In this document: one piece after another, positions 50,446 to 63,699 of the stretch
How the letters are laid out: every line of letters starts with the position of its first letter
How positions within the stretch are numbered: position 1 is the first letter of the stretch
Assembly (NCBI GenBank): GCA_012295275.1
Contig: CM022668.1
Span: 4,154,001 to 4,218,000, forward strand
DNA: 64,000 nucleotides
Origin: Chrysomallon squamiferum
Lineage: Eukaryota; Animalia; Mollusca
Direction: 5' to 3'
Translations under genes and position numbers: made by a program
The notes under the pieces: generated by a model
What the model was told of the DNA's origin: nothing
Databases searched by the model: none
What the model saw: the letters and a program-made list of their open reading frames with translations, nothing else

Positions 50446-50642
50446 GTAAATAAAAAACCCAAATCCCCAAAACCTTTTTAAATGACGCAATAATCAGAGA
50501 ACTGATACCTTAATTTGTATTCTGAATTTTTATTTTGGACAAAGAAAAAAAAAAGAAGAAAAGTAATGTTATAATATTCCTGTAAATGATCACATTACAT
50601 TAGTGTTTCTATAATTCTCAAGAGTTCCAATCTTTAACTAAT

Positions 50643-50842
50643 NNNNNNNNNNNNNNNNNNNNNNNNNNNNNNNNNNNNNNNNNNNNNNNNNNNNNNNNNN
50701 NNNNNNNNNNNNNNNNNNNNNNNNNNNNNNNNNNNNNNNNNNNNNNNNNNNNNNNNNNNNNNNNNNNNNNNNNNNNNNNNNNNNNNNNNNNNNNNNNNNN
50801 NNNNNNNNNNNNNNNNNNNNNNNNNNNNNNNNNNNNNNNNNN
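50643..50842. other. Assembly gap (200 N)
   Basis: Run of N. Confidence 1.
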
Positions 50843-52124
50843 AACTAGATGCTATTTTCAATCAAAACAACTTCTTATATTTCTTTAAGCAAATTAACAA
50901 ATTTATCCCATTATATTTTCAAAATCAGTTATTATTATTCTATAGCTTCCTTAACAAACAAACAAAGCAATTGCTTGCAAATGTACGTCAATACACACAG
51001 CTCACTGTTGTATCACAGATAAGCAGGATGTGCCAGATTTTTTCAATAATTTATCTTCAAATAATGTTGGGTTAATTGTGGAAAACATTTCGAAATAAAC
51101 AAACTTTAAAATAAAAAACAATTCTACAAATGAAAAAATGTCTTTCACTTGGACAAATAAGAAATAAATCATTATTACATCAACACACAGTCAATTGATA
51201 CTACCCAGACGTGTAGTATGTTTTTCAGTAATTTATCCTGAAATAACAGTGACTAGTCTGAGTGGTATTACTACCTAAAATTTGGCAGAGTTGACAAATA
51301 ATACAAAACCAATTCAGACCAGTTGGTTACTTGATCTTTCTAAATACTCTTTCTCATTATTAAAATACATTAACCTTGTATTATAAAAGTAAGTTCGTAC
51401 CACATAATAACGCTATAAAAATTTAACAGTAATAGATTTAGCTATCTTAAATCATTCAATATGTATGTTGCGTATACTAAACATTAAAACTTATTTACCA
51501 CTGTCTGCATTTTCCTTTGTCTTGTGCAGACAAAGACTCTCAAAAAGGGCACTGATCAAAGAGATTTTGTTCAAAACTCGTGCCACTACTTACATACCCA
51601 TCACTCGGGTGTTCAATCTACAACTCTGCAGATAGCCTTTCTGAATTTACTTTTTAGCTTTTACTGCCAATTTTGAATTTGTTAAATCCCAGAGTTTCTT
51701 AGTTTATTAAATAACGGAACTTCTTCTAAATAGCCCATATACGACTGCATACGCTCTGCTATTTATTTATTTTTGTATTTAACCCCATTTTCTGACATTA
51801 GGAAACAAAATTACAACTGAAAACAAGTGTGGTAAAAGAGGCACTAATGAGGTTCTTTCACACATGGCACCAAACTAAATGTTTCTTTCATTCAAGCATA
51901 TAGAACTTACTTAATTTTAAGGTTTTGGGGTTATTTTTTGTTATTATGATTATTATTATTATTACTTCAGTTCATACCACTCATTGATGTTAGCACAGAT
52001 AGATAGGAAGTGTGAGAGTTTTTTCAATAATTTACCTGCAATAATATATGGTTAATTCTGGGAAACATCACTTGCAAATAAACAAAACTTGAAATAAAAG
52101 ATAAAACTAATGAAAAAATGTCCT

Positions 52125-52428
52125 TCACTTGAATATCAGCTTCTTCCTCAATGTGCTGAACAGTGCTGGTGACTGCTTCATCATTCTGACATTTCTTTTA
52201 CATACTTTGTTATTTACTAACAGCAGCAAATCGTGGATGTCCTCTCTGAAATATATATTCAGTTTAAAATAACTATACAAATGAAAAGTTCTGCTTCTCT
52301 TGAATATCAACTTCTTCCTCAGTGTGTACAATGGTGCTGGGGACTGCTTGTATGTACCATCATTCATCGTGGCGTTTCCTTTACATACTTCATTATTTAC
52401 TAACAAGAGCAAACTGAGGATGTCCTCT
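52125..52428 (-). CDS. Two extra tandem copies of the caspase terminal (p10 C-terminal) exon
   Basis: Copy 2 starts at 52428 (stop TGA>AGA, reads in frame into copy 3). Copy 3 spans 52245-52125. Each is preceded by a TTTCAG acceptor. Confidence 0.75.
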
Positions 52429-52461
52429 CTGAAAAATAAATACAGTTTAAAAAGTTCTGCT

Positions 52462-55400
52462 TCACTTGAATATCAGCTTCTTCCTCAGTGTGTACAATGG
52501 TGCTGGGGACTGCTTGTATGTACCATAATTCATCGTGGCGTTCCGTTTGCATACTTCATTATTTACTAACAAGAGCAAACTGAGGATGTCCTCTCTGAAA
52601 AATATATGATGTAAATAAATTTTAAAAAGTAATAAATAGTAATATTCGTGTAACATATACATACGGTTAAGAAAACAAAAATTAAATATATATATGTATA
52701 AAACAGATCTGTATGTAAGTCCCAGCTGTATTATGTTTTTATTACTTTCTTAAAAGATCAGAAAGGAGAACCGAAATGATTTCTTGTACATTTTAGTTAA
52801 CATGATAATGTAGGAACATTCCTTCACAGGTTCCAACTAAAATACAGTCATATGTAAAAGATGTTTCTAACATATGTACATTATATATATTACATATCGT
52901 GTGCATGAATTCTACTAAATTTCGTGATTTACTGATTGACAGTTTTTATTATAGTAATCAATTTGCCCTGCCTAGAAAAATCATCATCCAGCTAACAGTA
53001 TTAGTTAACAACATGTGACATCACAAAACACTTAGACAAAGTCACAGCAAACAGTGGTACCCAAACTTCTTAAACCAGTGTTTTTCTATTTTTATTTTAA
53101 TAATGCAACAGTTGTATATATCTAAACATAAATAGTACTAAAAGGTGTTTGACCTCCAATCTATTTCCAAACAGGCAGTCAATATTGTGAACATAAAAGC
53201 AATCTGTAAACTGCATATCTTTATCTCCTGAACAGGTAGATGATCCTCTTTTTTATACTGATAAAATAATCCTCAAGACAACATTTCAGTGATGTCACAA
53301 GACTGAGACTAACTCAATAGTTCAAAAAAAATATTTGTATATTTTCAAAATTTCATCATCATCGGTCAGCTGTTGTGTTCTGCTTCTAACTTGATCAGTG
53401 ATATCTACGACTTTTGTTTCATCATATACAGGTGAGTTGGTTTTTGGTCATGTTTCTGCATTATATGTCATTTCTGCAAGAATACATTAGTTGTAATCTT
53501 CAAGCTGATTCTTAAGTTTCCCCTTAAGATTTTATACAGTTATAAAATTCATTTACTTACTTTTTAGCATATTTATTTAAAATTTCTGTCAGTTTTGTGA
53601 TGTACCAGGATCCAGTTGATGTTGATCTGTAAGACACAAAACCTGGTACTGTGGCATATCCTAACAGAAAATCTGCTTCATTTGGGATTGTTTCTTCCTG
53701 CTGAACATCCTTTTCAATATCACTGTCTATCTGTGTATCATATCCTGTAAATAGATGTATTAGAAATTAAGTTCTGATATTTTAAAAATATTAATCCTAA
53801 TTACATACAAACTCATACCAAAATCCATACAGATATTTGTAACTATACATGAAGTATTTTAGAACAAATAAACACAAAAATGTTATCATTTGTGGACAAT
53901 GTTAGTATAAATTTGTAGCAAATTCTTAAACCCCAAAATGTCTTTCTCATGTATTAAACAATGACATGGCAATTTTCACAGATTTAGGCCACTCAGTATA
54001 ATATGTATCTGACTAAATACAACAGAAAATCATATATGTAGTTTTGAGAAATTATTTTTAACAGCTGCCATACATACCTTTTTGTTCTTCTTCACCCTGA
54101 CAAGCCTGCATGAAAAACAACTTTGGTTTCCCACTCAGTGTTGGACACGACTCAGGTCTAAATGGTCCAGTCAAGTCTCTGATCCGTACAGGCAAACCGT
54201 TACATCCGTATATCACACCTTTGTCTCCGTGTGACAAAATACAACACACAACACAGTCATAGTCACTGTGATCAGACAAAGCCAGGTCCTTTACAGCCTC
54301 AACCATGTCAGTGTCAGTCAAATTTGTTTTTTCTTCGACGATAAATTGAAGATTACTGAAAGTTTTTCTCAGTTGTCCTAGAAAGGAAACATTATACATC
54401 TTTTTAAACTAAGTATGATAACTGATGTGTGTATGTGTGTGTTCAAACATAAATATCAAATATTTTTTTTAAAAGGTTTCTTTCAGCGTAACTAGAAATA
54501 AAATTTGTATGAAATATTGATGTGTGTGTGTGTGTATGTTGGTATGAAAAAAAAAAAAAAAATGTTTTAATAGATGGTGTTTGAGCATTGATTTCCTTCC
54601 TTTATACATATTCTGAAAGGTGAAAAAATGGGACATAATTAATTATGGAAATGAATAAATCTCTATATAAATATCTAAATATTGTATGGATTTCATTTCA
54701 AAAACACTATGTATAAGAGAGAGAGAAAGATACTTGCCATATGTAAATGAAACTTCATTACCATTATTATTACTTTTATTACAATTACTATCTTATAATT
54801 ATTTGATTAATTTGATTACCAATATTATTATTACTGTTATTGTTATTGATGCTGTTATTTTTATTATTACTATTGTTGTTGTTGTTGTTACTGCTATTCT
54901 CTTTCAAAGTAAAAGTTACCTGCATCTACATCAGTTCCCTCTCTTTCTTCCAACATTTTAGCTCCTGGCTTCACTGAATCCTTCTTAAAATCTCTATTGT
55001 TGATTATTAAACATATTCCTAGAATAAAACAGAAGAAAAAAACATACATTTAATGGAAATATAAAGTATAAATATAAGGCAGGTAGACGGAGAGAAGCAG
55101 AGAGACAGAATGAGTGATATGTACTTGGAGAACCCAGTCTGTCTGTGTTTAAGAATCACTCATCAGAATACATTAGGTGGAATAAGAGCAGGGATTCATG
55201 ACTTATACACTGGGGAATTCAAATCTACATTTTGTTGTTTGCTCATTCATTCATCATTATTATCTTATTATTATTATATTTGTTTATTTATTAACTTTTC
55301 CTAATTATTCGTAATTTCAATCCTTTTTCATATTTTTTTTTTCATTTTAACTCTTTTTTTCAGAGAGTGAAATAGTTAAACATAAACAGCACCAAACAAA

Positions 55401-56860
55401 TCACAAAGGCATAAAAACATGAATGAATATGTATGTTTGACATATACCTCTCACCTATATTGTTTGTACCAAATCTATTACTGTTATTAAAGACGCCTCT
55501 TCCTGCTGATCCCAAATTAGTAAAATATTTATTTGAAAATATACCTCGAGGATTAGCATCCATTTTGTAGTAGGGGACAGGATCCTGGTCTACATCAGTT
55601 CTTTCTAACTGCTGTACGACGTTTGGATTCTGATTTGCTGGTGATTTTTAATAAATAATTGAAAAATTAAAAATTAAAAATTAATAAATAAGTAACACAA
55701 CTCAAAGTAAGTTCTGCTATAAAATTAAAATATATGCAGTTTAATCTGATTTCTTTATTTGTTTTGCGATGTCACTTATTTGCTAATAATAACATAAAAT
55801 GATAAAATAACAAAGACTAGAACCATGCAGGTGAATAATTTCTTGCTGTTCTTTCAAAAAATAGAAATAAAATACAAGATGGTACCAGATCTAAGGTCAC
55901 TTGATTTCTTCAAGCCATATGGAAAAAGTACCAGAAATAAATTACCTTTATTATTAAATTCAAGCGTTGTTGACTAGCAATATTACATGTCAATATTATG
56001 GTCAGATTAAATTTATGTTAAATGTTTAAGTTTACTTGACCTGTGGTAATACAAAGTTTCTCGTATGTTGTAATTAGAAAAGTTTGGCCTCCAAAAACAA
56101 ATAATACAAGCAATTGGAAGTAAACAGATTTATACTTTCTATTTAAATAGCAACAAAATCTCAAATATGTTCTTCTTCTGTACTTCATTGTTAGAAAAAC
56201 AAATTTCTCTAAAAGCAATGAAAAATCTATAAAATGTATAATTACCTATTCTGTTAGCTTCAGGTGACCTTTGTTCTCTTATGCTGATCTCAGGGTCTGA
56301 AACATATTTTCATAAAAAATAAAAACAGCAGATGGAACTTTCGACATAAATAAAAATCACACACACACACACACACAAACACTCACACAAATGCAAACAA
56401 ATAGTTTAAATACATTTTGTATACATATTTATATATTACTGATTTTATCAGTTTACTGGTGATAAATGTTTGCTAATAACATAGTATTTGAATAAAAGTA
56501 ATTAGACTGATAAAACAATTAACTGGATGTAAACACATTTATACTGACTGTTTAAAAAGTAACAAAGTCTCAAATGTCTTCTTATTCTGATCTTTATTAG
56601 AAAAAAATGTTGTCCAAAACCAATTTAAAGTTAATGAAATGAATATTTACCTGTTGTGGTAGCTTCATCTGCTCCTGGTTTTCTATTGCTGATCTCAGGA
56701 TCTGAAACCAAAATATTTTCATAAAAAATAAAAACAGCAGATGGAATTTTGGTAATGACTCTCTGAAAAAAGAGTCAAAATGAAATAAAATATATGAAAA
56801 AGTATTGAAATTACGAATAATTAAGAAAAGTTAAAAAATAAATATAATAATAATAATAAC

Positions 56861-56918
<58 letters not shown>

Positions 56919-59581
56919 TTATGATGATGAATGAATGAGTAAAGAACAAAATGTAGTAAATAAATAGACAAACAGAAAAAAGAAAAATAAAGAAAATTGC
57001 TGATTTTTGGAATTAGAATATTCCTTGTAAGTGAAAACATTGTTTAAAAAGTAACAAAGTCACAAATATCTTCATTATTAGAAAAAAATGTCCCAAAGCT
57101 ACGAATAATTTATAAAATGGAAAATTACCTATTATGTCAGCTTCATGTGTCCTTTGCTCTCTTGTGTTGATGTCATGATCTGAAACCAAAGATTTTCATT
57201 AAAAATAAACAGAAGATAAAACTTTAGAAATCAGTAAAAATCACACACATATATACACAGACACACACAATGATATATAAACATAAAATGTACAGGAGAT
57301 GTAAAATCATTAAAAAAAAACATTTAGTCATAGGTCAATGAAATTTTGTGATAAACTCTTGAGGAATAATGGTAATGACACTGAAATAGCTTAAACTTTT
57401 CACTCTCTGAACTCTAGAATATTTGACAAACATTCCCTGTTTTCAGTGTGCTGGTTTTACTTCAAACTAAAACATTACCTTCCAAAATGTTTTCCAACAT
57501 TGCTGCTATTTGTGTCATTTCGCAGTCCTCATGGCCTTGGACAAATCTGTTATTATCTTTTTTCTATCATGAGTGCTATTTATCATTTGGAGCCACAGTT
57601 TCATCATGTTAGTATTTCTGTCGAGAGGTGAATGGTGATACTGACTCAAATCTTGTAGTGTTAAGTCAGGAATATTCAACTGGGTTCCAAGGGCAAAGAA
57701 CTGCGTGTTTGATATATGCAGAGCAATATCATGGATTAGTGTATCAGGTATAGCTGAAAAAAAAATACATTTATATATATAGATATATATGAGAAATGAA
57801 TCAAACAATAATGAATAATTAAAAATTTAACATAAACATAAAATATGATAAAAATAATAATAATACAATGATGACAATGAATCGAATGATAATAATTATA
57901 ATCATGATGAATGAATCAATGAATGAATAATGAACAAAATGTAATCGATAAATAGACAAATAATTAATAAAAGAAAAAAAAAAAAAGAAAGAGATAAGTA
58001 AAGACAGTCCCTGATCTTTGTAAGTAGAATGTTCTATGTAAGTGAAAACATGTCAAAAGGATTAATTGTTTAATTCAGAAAAGAAACCAGGGAATTACTA
58101 CTTAAATACAGATCTAAATGTTCTATGTAAGTGAAAACATGTCAAAAGGATTAATTGTTTAATTCAGAAAAGAAACCAGGGAATCACTACTTAAATACAG
58201 ATCTAAATGTTCTATGTAAGTGAAAACATGTCAAAAGGATTAATTGTTTAATTCAGAAAAGAAACCAGGGAATCACTACTTAAATACAGATCTACAAATT
58301 TCACACATAATACTGAAGAAAAAATAAAAATAAGAAACTTAATTAATAAAAGGAAGTAAAAGTAAGCATTTCAATTTAAAGTGAATATTTTGAAATGCAA
58401 ACAAAAAGTATAAATACATATTTATATATTATTGATTTTATTAGTTTACTGGTGATAAATGTTTGCTAATAATAAAGTATTTGAATAAAAGTAATTACAC
58501 TGATTAATTATAGATGTTCACATTTTCCATTTTATTGTGGTATTATTTTGTTTATTAGTAATGATGAAATTGTTGAAGGCATAACAAATAATAGAAGAGT
58601 TGAAACAATTGATAGAACTAATAAGATAAGTTAAAATATGGAAATCCTTGAGAATAAATGATAGAAACACCAATGTAATCTGATCATTTACAGGAATATT
58701 ATTACACGGTTTTTTTTATTTTTTTTGTGAAAATAAAAATTTACAATACATGGTTCTTGGGCCATTTAAGAATGTTTTGGGGTTGTTTTTGTTTTTTTTA
58801 CCTGGTTCTGAAAGAGGACTTTGTGTTGGTTGATGATTCTCTGGTACAACCCTTGCTGTTGTCCTACCAGGCTTTGTTGGCTCACTGGGATAGACTACTT
58901 GTATCTTTTGTTTTGGATGTTGTACTTGTTCTTCAGGTGTATTGGGCTTTCCAATTGTAATCACAGCTGACTGGTCCACTGTAGATGTTGTATTTACATT
59001 CATCTTCTGTTTGAAGTTCTTTATTTTTTCTACTAAATCTAATCTTCCTATCTGCTTAAGAGAACCTTCCAAAATCTCAACATTTTCAGGACTAATTTTT
59101 TCATCTGTTCAAGAATGAGAAAAAAATCCAGCACACTGTGAATCTTTTGTCGCTTTGCTCTAGGAATGTCTCCAGAACAAAACAACAACTTATGCAAGTC
59201 CTCTTCACCGATTTCATCAGAAAGATCAAGAAGTAGATTTCTGTATGGTGAAAAATGTGATCCATACGTGGACAGATATCTATCCAGTTCTTTCTCATCA
59301 ACCTGCAATGTTTCCACCAGATCTAACCTCATAATACGTTTTAACATCTCGGCCAAAACCCACTTATTTGTTTCTTTCAGTTTGCCTGTTTTCTCAAGAA
59401 GGCTGAACAGTTCAGTTCCGTTCTTTATATGTTCTAGTCGACTCAATGGAGCAAACTCGCGACACAAGAATTTCAGAGAATCAATGTCCTCCTTGTGCAG
59501 GTCACCATCAACTTCAAGTAGTACACATCTGAAATCAACACCTCCCTCGTCCTCTGCATCCATTCGCAAAGCGTTAGACAT
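52462..59581 (-). CDS. CASP8: Caspase-8-like gene C (DED-DED-DD-caspase); best-preserved copy, with two 1-bp homopolymer deletions (pseudogene or consensus error)
   Basis: Exons 59622-58802 (ATG 59581; A6 versus A7 at ~59096-59101), 57753-57479 (DD-like, 275 nt, one G short), 57179-57129, 56701-56651, 56296-56246, 55637-55545 (YYKMDANPRG), 55018-54920, 54377-54078 (CILSHG, FFMQACQG), 53744-53561 and 52594-52462 (YKQSPAPLYTLRKKLIFK*). Confidence 0.8.
58028..58294. repeat. Three tandem 89-bp repeats in a caspase intron
   Basis: AATGTTCTATGTAAGTGAAAAC... starts at 58028, 58117 and 58206; the units are near-identical. Confidence 0.95.
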
Positions 59582-60096
59582 TTTGTTTCTTATGTATTAG
59601 AAACAGGGTATGTAGTTCTTATCTGGAAAAAAGGATACAGAAACAGTTTAAATTAAACATAAAAAATTAAATAACTGGGGGTTATCCATAAAATATATAT
59701 TATATGTTTTCACTTCTGTATGGAAACGTCAGTCTTAGCATTCAGAATATTTTTGTTTCCTGGTCAGTGACTGGGGAAAATATCTGACAGTATCAGCATA
59801 TGAACTAAACAGACAGCTGTCATTAATTTTCAGTACAATTTATATCCAACCATATACCAAACCTTGGTTGTTTACTGACTAAATTAAATTTTGTTTATCA
59901 AGTACTGGTCTATTTTGTTGTTGCTATTATTGTTATTACCATAAATAATCAAACATTCTTTACAGATGTTGTAAGTTACTTGTTATAATCGATCTATGAA
60001 ATATGTATGTTAATTATAAATAATCAAAAAATATAGTTGTGTCTTTATGACTGCTGAAATACTTTATTTTTTTAGTTAAAGTATTAAAAACGACGT

Positions 60097-60127
<31 letters not shown>

Positions 60128-61883
60128 ATTTGTTTTACATTTCTGTTCCGTGACTGATTATTAAAATCAAAACAACCTAAATTTGTGTGACAATGTTAAT
60201 AGCATTAACACGTTGTTTTAAGACAATAACCTTGTATATTAAACTATATCACACGTTTACCTACCAGTCCACATCCATTAAAAGCTTAAATATTCTGTCC
60301 TTCAATGGATTATAGTCATAGTTTTCTTTTGGAGGGTCCTGTATGGTATTTCCCCTACTGAAATAAAGGTAGCGAACAATCCAAGCCACATTGAAATCTG
60401 TGAACGATAAATCCAGTGAATAATTTATCGCACGTCAGTTCTTTCAAACAAACAGCTCGCAGTTTCAATAAGAGTAAATTTCTAACGACAACTTGTTCCA
60501 TTAACTACTCGATAACCCTTTCATAGTAATAATAAAATCATCGACTTACAATTGTTTATTTTTTTCTTCTCTTTTTTTAATCCATTCTACGAGGACGATT
60601 AAACATTAGATGATGATGATAATGATAATAATGATAATGATAAGGATGTTGATAATAATAACAGTAATAGTAATAATACACACTTTTCATCTTTCTTTCC
60701 CCCTTTATGCCCTCCCCAGTATATTTTCTTTATGTATATTTTGTTAAGATTATTTATATTATTTGTTTATTTTTGTAAATATTTAATGAATAAAAAACAT
60801 CTTCACATTTTATCGTAATCAGAGATACCACTATTTCATTTTATTTTTTTTTTATTTTCTATTTTTGACTAATTATTTTAATTATTATTATTTATCTTTT
60901 ATTTTATTTTGTGCTATTTAATTTGTGGGTTTTTTCCGAGAATGTGTTAAAAAAAAAGAAAAAAAAAAAAAACCCATCTTTTAAAAATGGAATTCTTTTA
61001 TTGTCCAATTTTAATATGAGAGTTACACCAAATTGGTGGACTTAATGTTCTTCTTTTGTCCATGTCACTTTACACTTTTCTATAAAGTTTGACTATGTTT
61101 GTAAGTGTTTTGTCTAGATTTTTGTTAGTAAAATCATTGTCTTGATTAGCATACAATGTTTTATAAAAAGCTACTACTACTTCCTCAACTAATTTTTGAT
61201 TTTATAATCGGTTATTTTCTTTTTCTATTAATACAGGTAATGCTTAACACCTAATAAAAACTGATTTTGGTTTTTCTTTCCCTGAGCCTCAAGTTCAGAT
61301 TTTAGATTACAAAGATGTATATAGGAAATCCATATTTTTCTCTTGCTTTTTTTTTTCCTTTTCCTTAGATGGAAAGGCAGTTGTTTTGCCTATTATTTCC
61401 ATCATTAAAATTCCTAATAATAATTGATTGTTAATGTGAATGAGAGTGAATCACTGTTGCTTTAATTATGTCTGCTGCTATTAATTAACATCAGTGTTTA
61501 TTATTTAACAGTGTGCAATGATGTAAGTTTTTTTGTAGTTAAAAAAAAAACCAAATGGTCAGGCCCCTGGAATTACTTTTAAATGAACTGACATAAAAAT
61601 TGCCTACACCCCACTGATACCTGATCATAATTTCATGATCGTTTGTTCCTTAATTGAAAACATCCTTGTCATCTCATTAGTTTAGAATGTTGGCAACTGA
61701 CAAGCATAAATTCTAATGTATCATCCACTATCAATTTACAAGCAATATAAATCAATTTACATACACTTTCACTCCCAAACACACATCTTCTTTCATATAC
61801 AACCATTTAGAAACACATAGTTAATTTTTTGGTGTTTTTTGTTTTTTGTTTTTTTTTTAACTTTTAAAACAAAATAATACAGG

Positions 61884-62860
61884 ACAGACATTCTTCAAGT
61901 GTTGGTGGGTTCAGTCCAAAGAAGAATGATGTCTGTGACCCACACAGACACGTGTGACAGTTTGTGAACAGATGGGCCAGAAAGTAATATCTGTCAATAT
62001 GCGGCTGCAGGAACAGTCTTAAGTTCTTCCTAAAACCCACAAACTAGAACAGCTGCACTACTTTGCCAAGCCCCCATTCTACACATTGTCAAACAGCAGA
62101 CAAGTTTTTTGTTAAAAGCCCTTTCATGTGGACTGATTCAAAGGGACACAACAGATAATCCCTCAGGGGGTACCTTCATAGAGGGAAAGTGGATATTCAT
62201 TCACATCATTCATCCTGGCTTCTAGTAGTGGAAGAAGAACACTGACAGCAAGTCTACCTCTGTCTTGTCTAGTTCCAGCATATGGCCCTAGCAGCTTGAC
62301 AACAAGTGCACTGGGTGCCATCACTGACTGAAATTTGATGTCATGCTTTCTCTTGTGGCCACTAAAAGCATGTCTTTTGTCCACTGATGGTCACTCCATC
62401 TCATGAACTGTTCCATCGATGAATCCGCATCAGTTCTTCAGAGGGGAACTTTATTTGCAATGATGTCTGCAAATAGCTGAGGATTTAGCCGTGCTTGATG
62501 AAAGTTTGTGTCCAAAGTTGTCAAAGATGTAATTAGAAACGTGTTTAAAGATCAAACTCAGCTGCAAAGTGGATTGCGAAAAACAGGAATCTCAAATCGC
62601 AAAAGCAACGTGGATATGCAAGTCACCTCAAAAGCAGACAAAGTCAGACAAAAACTTGTTTCACAAATAATTGGGTCAGGCATTCTAAGCAAATTGCACA
62701 GATGATGCATTTCATCTTTTGTGAAGTAAAACTGTTCCAAACATATTTTGTCTGAAAAGTCTTTCAAGGTAAAATTAACATCATCAGCTCCTCCTCATTA
62801 TAGACAGCTAACATCAGTGGAATAGCCAAGTCCACCTCGTCAGCCATGATGACACATCTG
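61884..62860 (-). mobile_element. Decayed PIF/Harbinger-superfamily transposase, inverted paralog of 22023-22929
   Basis: KDFSDKICLEQFYFTKDEMHHLC.., GFIDGT, HAFSGHKRKHDIKFQSVMAP..LLGPYAGTRQD; collinear in reverse complement with the left copy. Confidence 0.8.
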
Positions 62861-63699
62861 TAAATACTTAATTGCACTTTTAAATCTTCAGAATACAGCC
62901 TTACAGTAAATGATTTAAATAAAACTGGAATTTCCAAGTAATTAAATATACTGAATGACTATAAACAGTCATAATAAATGATAAAGATGACAGTAAGATT
63001 GTTATGATGTTGATAACAATATATAAAAATTATCATAGAAAAACTACTCATAGAAAATATTTTTTGAAAAGCTTCACTTGAACAAAACTGAGGTAAATGT
63101 TTTTAGGCTGTGTGATCTGGCAAACACAAAAAAAAAAAAAAACAACAACAGGAATTGTGCGACTCAGGCCAGATTTGGCAAGCTTCATGGCGTGCATCGT
63201 GCCACTGTTAATGGGAGAGAAAGTTTCCTCAGTAATGAGCAATGCAGGAAGTGTTATGCTTTCATTACAGTTAATCAAATATATTGTATGTACTACATGC
63301 TCAGCTGCATCTGAACATTCTACTAATCACAATAATAATCGGAACAAGTAGACAATCAGTGAAATCAATTTAAAAAGCACCACTGACCTGCAGACTCCAG
63401 AGATCACATCGAACAGGAAGAGTACAGCTTTCTTCCATAGTAAAACACTGAGTAGTCATCACAAAAAGAACATTCGTGCCTGATCCAGAAATTAGCATAA
63501 TTACTTCCCTTCCTTGATCTATTATGATGGGTGCAGTGTGCTTTACGTGGAAGCTCAGTCTGAGTTGTGAACATCTCGAGTTGTGAATATCTCGAGTTTG
63601 CTCCATACGTGTACGTCTATGCTAAACCTCTCCATTCTGGTTTTGCTAATGAAGGCATCAGGAGGAACAAAAAGCAGGGACGACATCATTATAAATTCA

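Noticed and set aside
59166-59600. Conserved antisense ORFs over the DED and DD exons (also 28719-28937 and 29912-30265)
   Set aside because: Shadow frames of the real coding strand; their similarity follows from paralogy
21497-63410. A single giant composite transposon with the two Harbinger copies as its ends
   Set aside because: Homology extends continuously from the transposase through the promoter into the caspase genes, and both copies share lesions, which fits segmental duplication of an already dead element; no TIR or TSD could be identified
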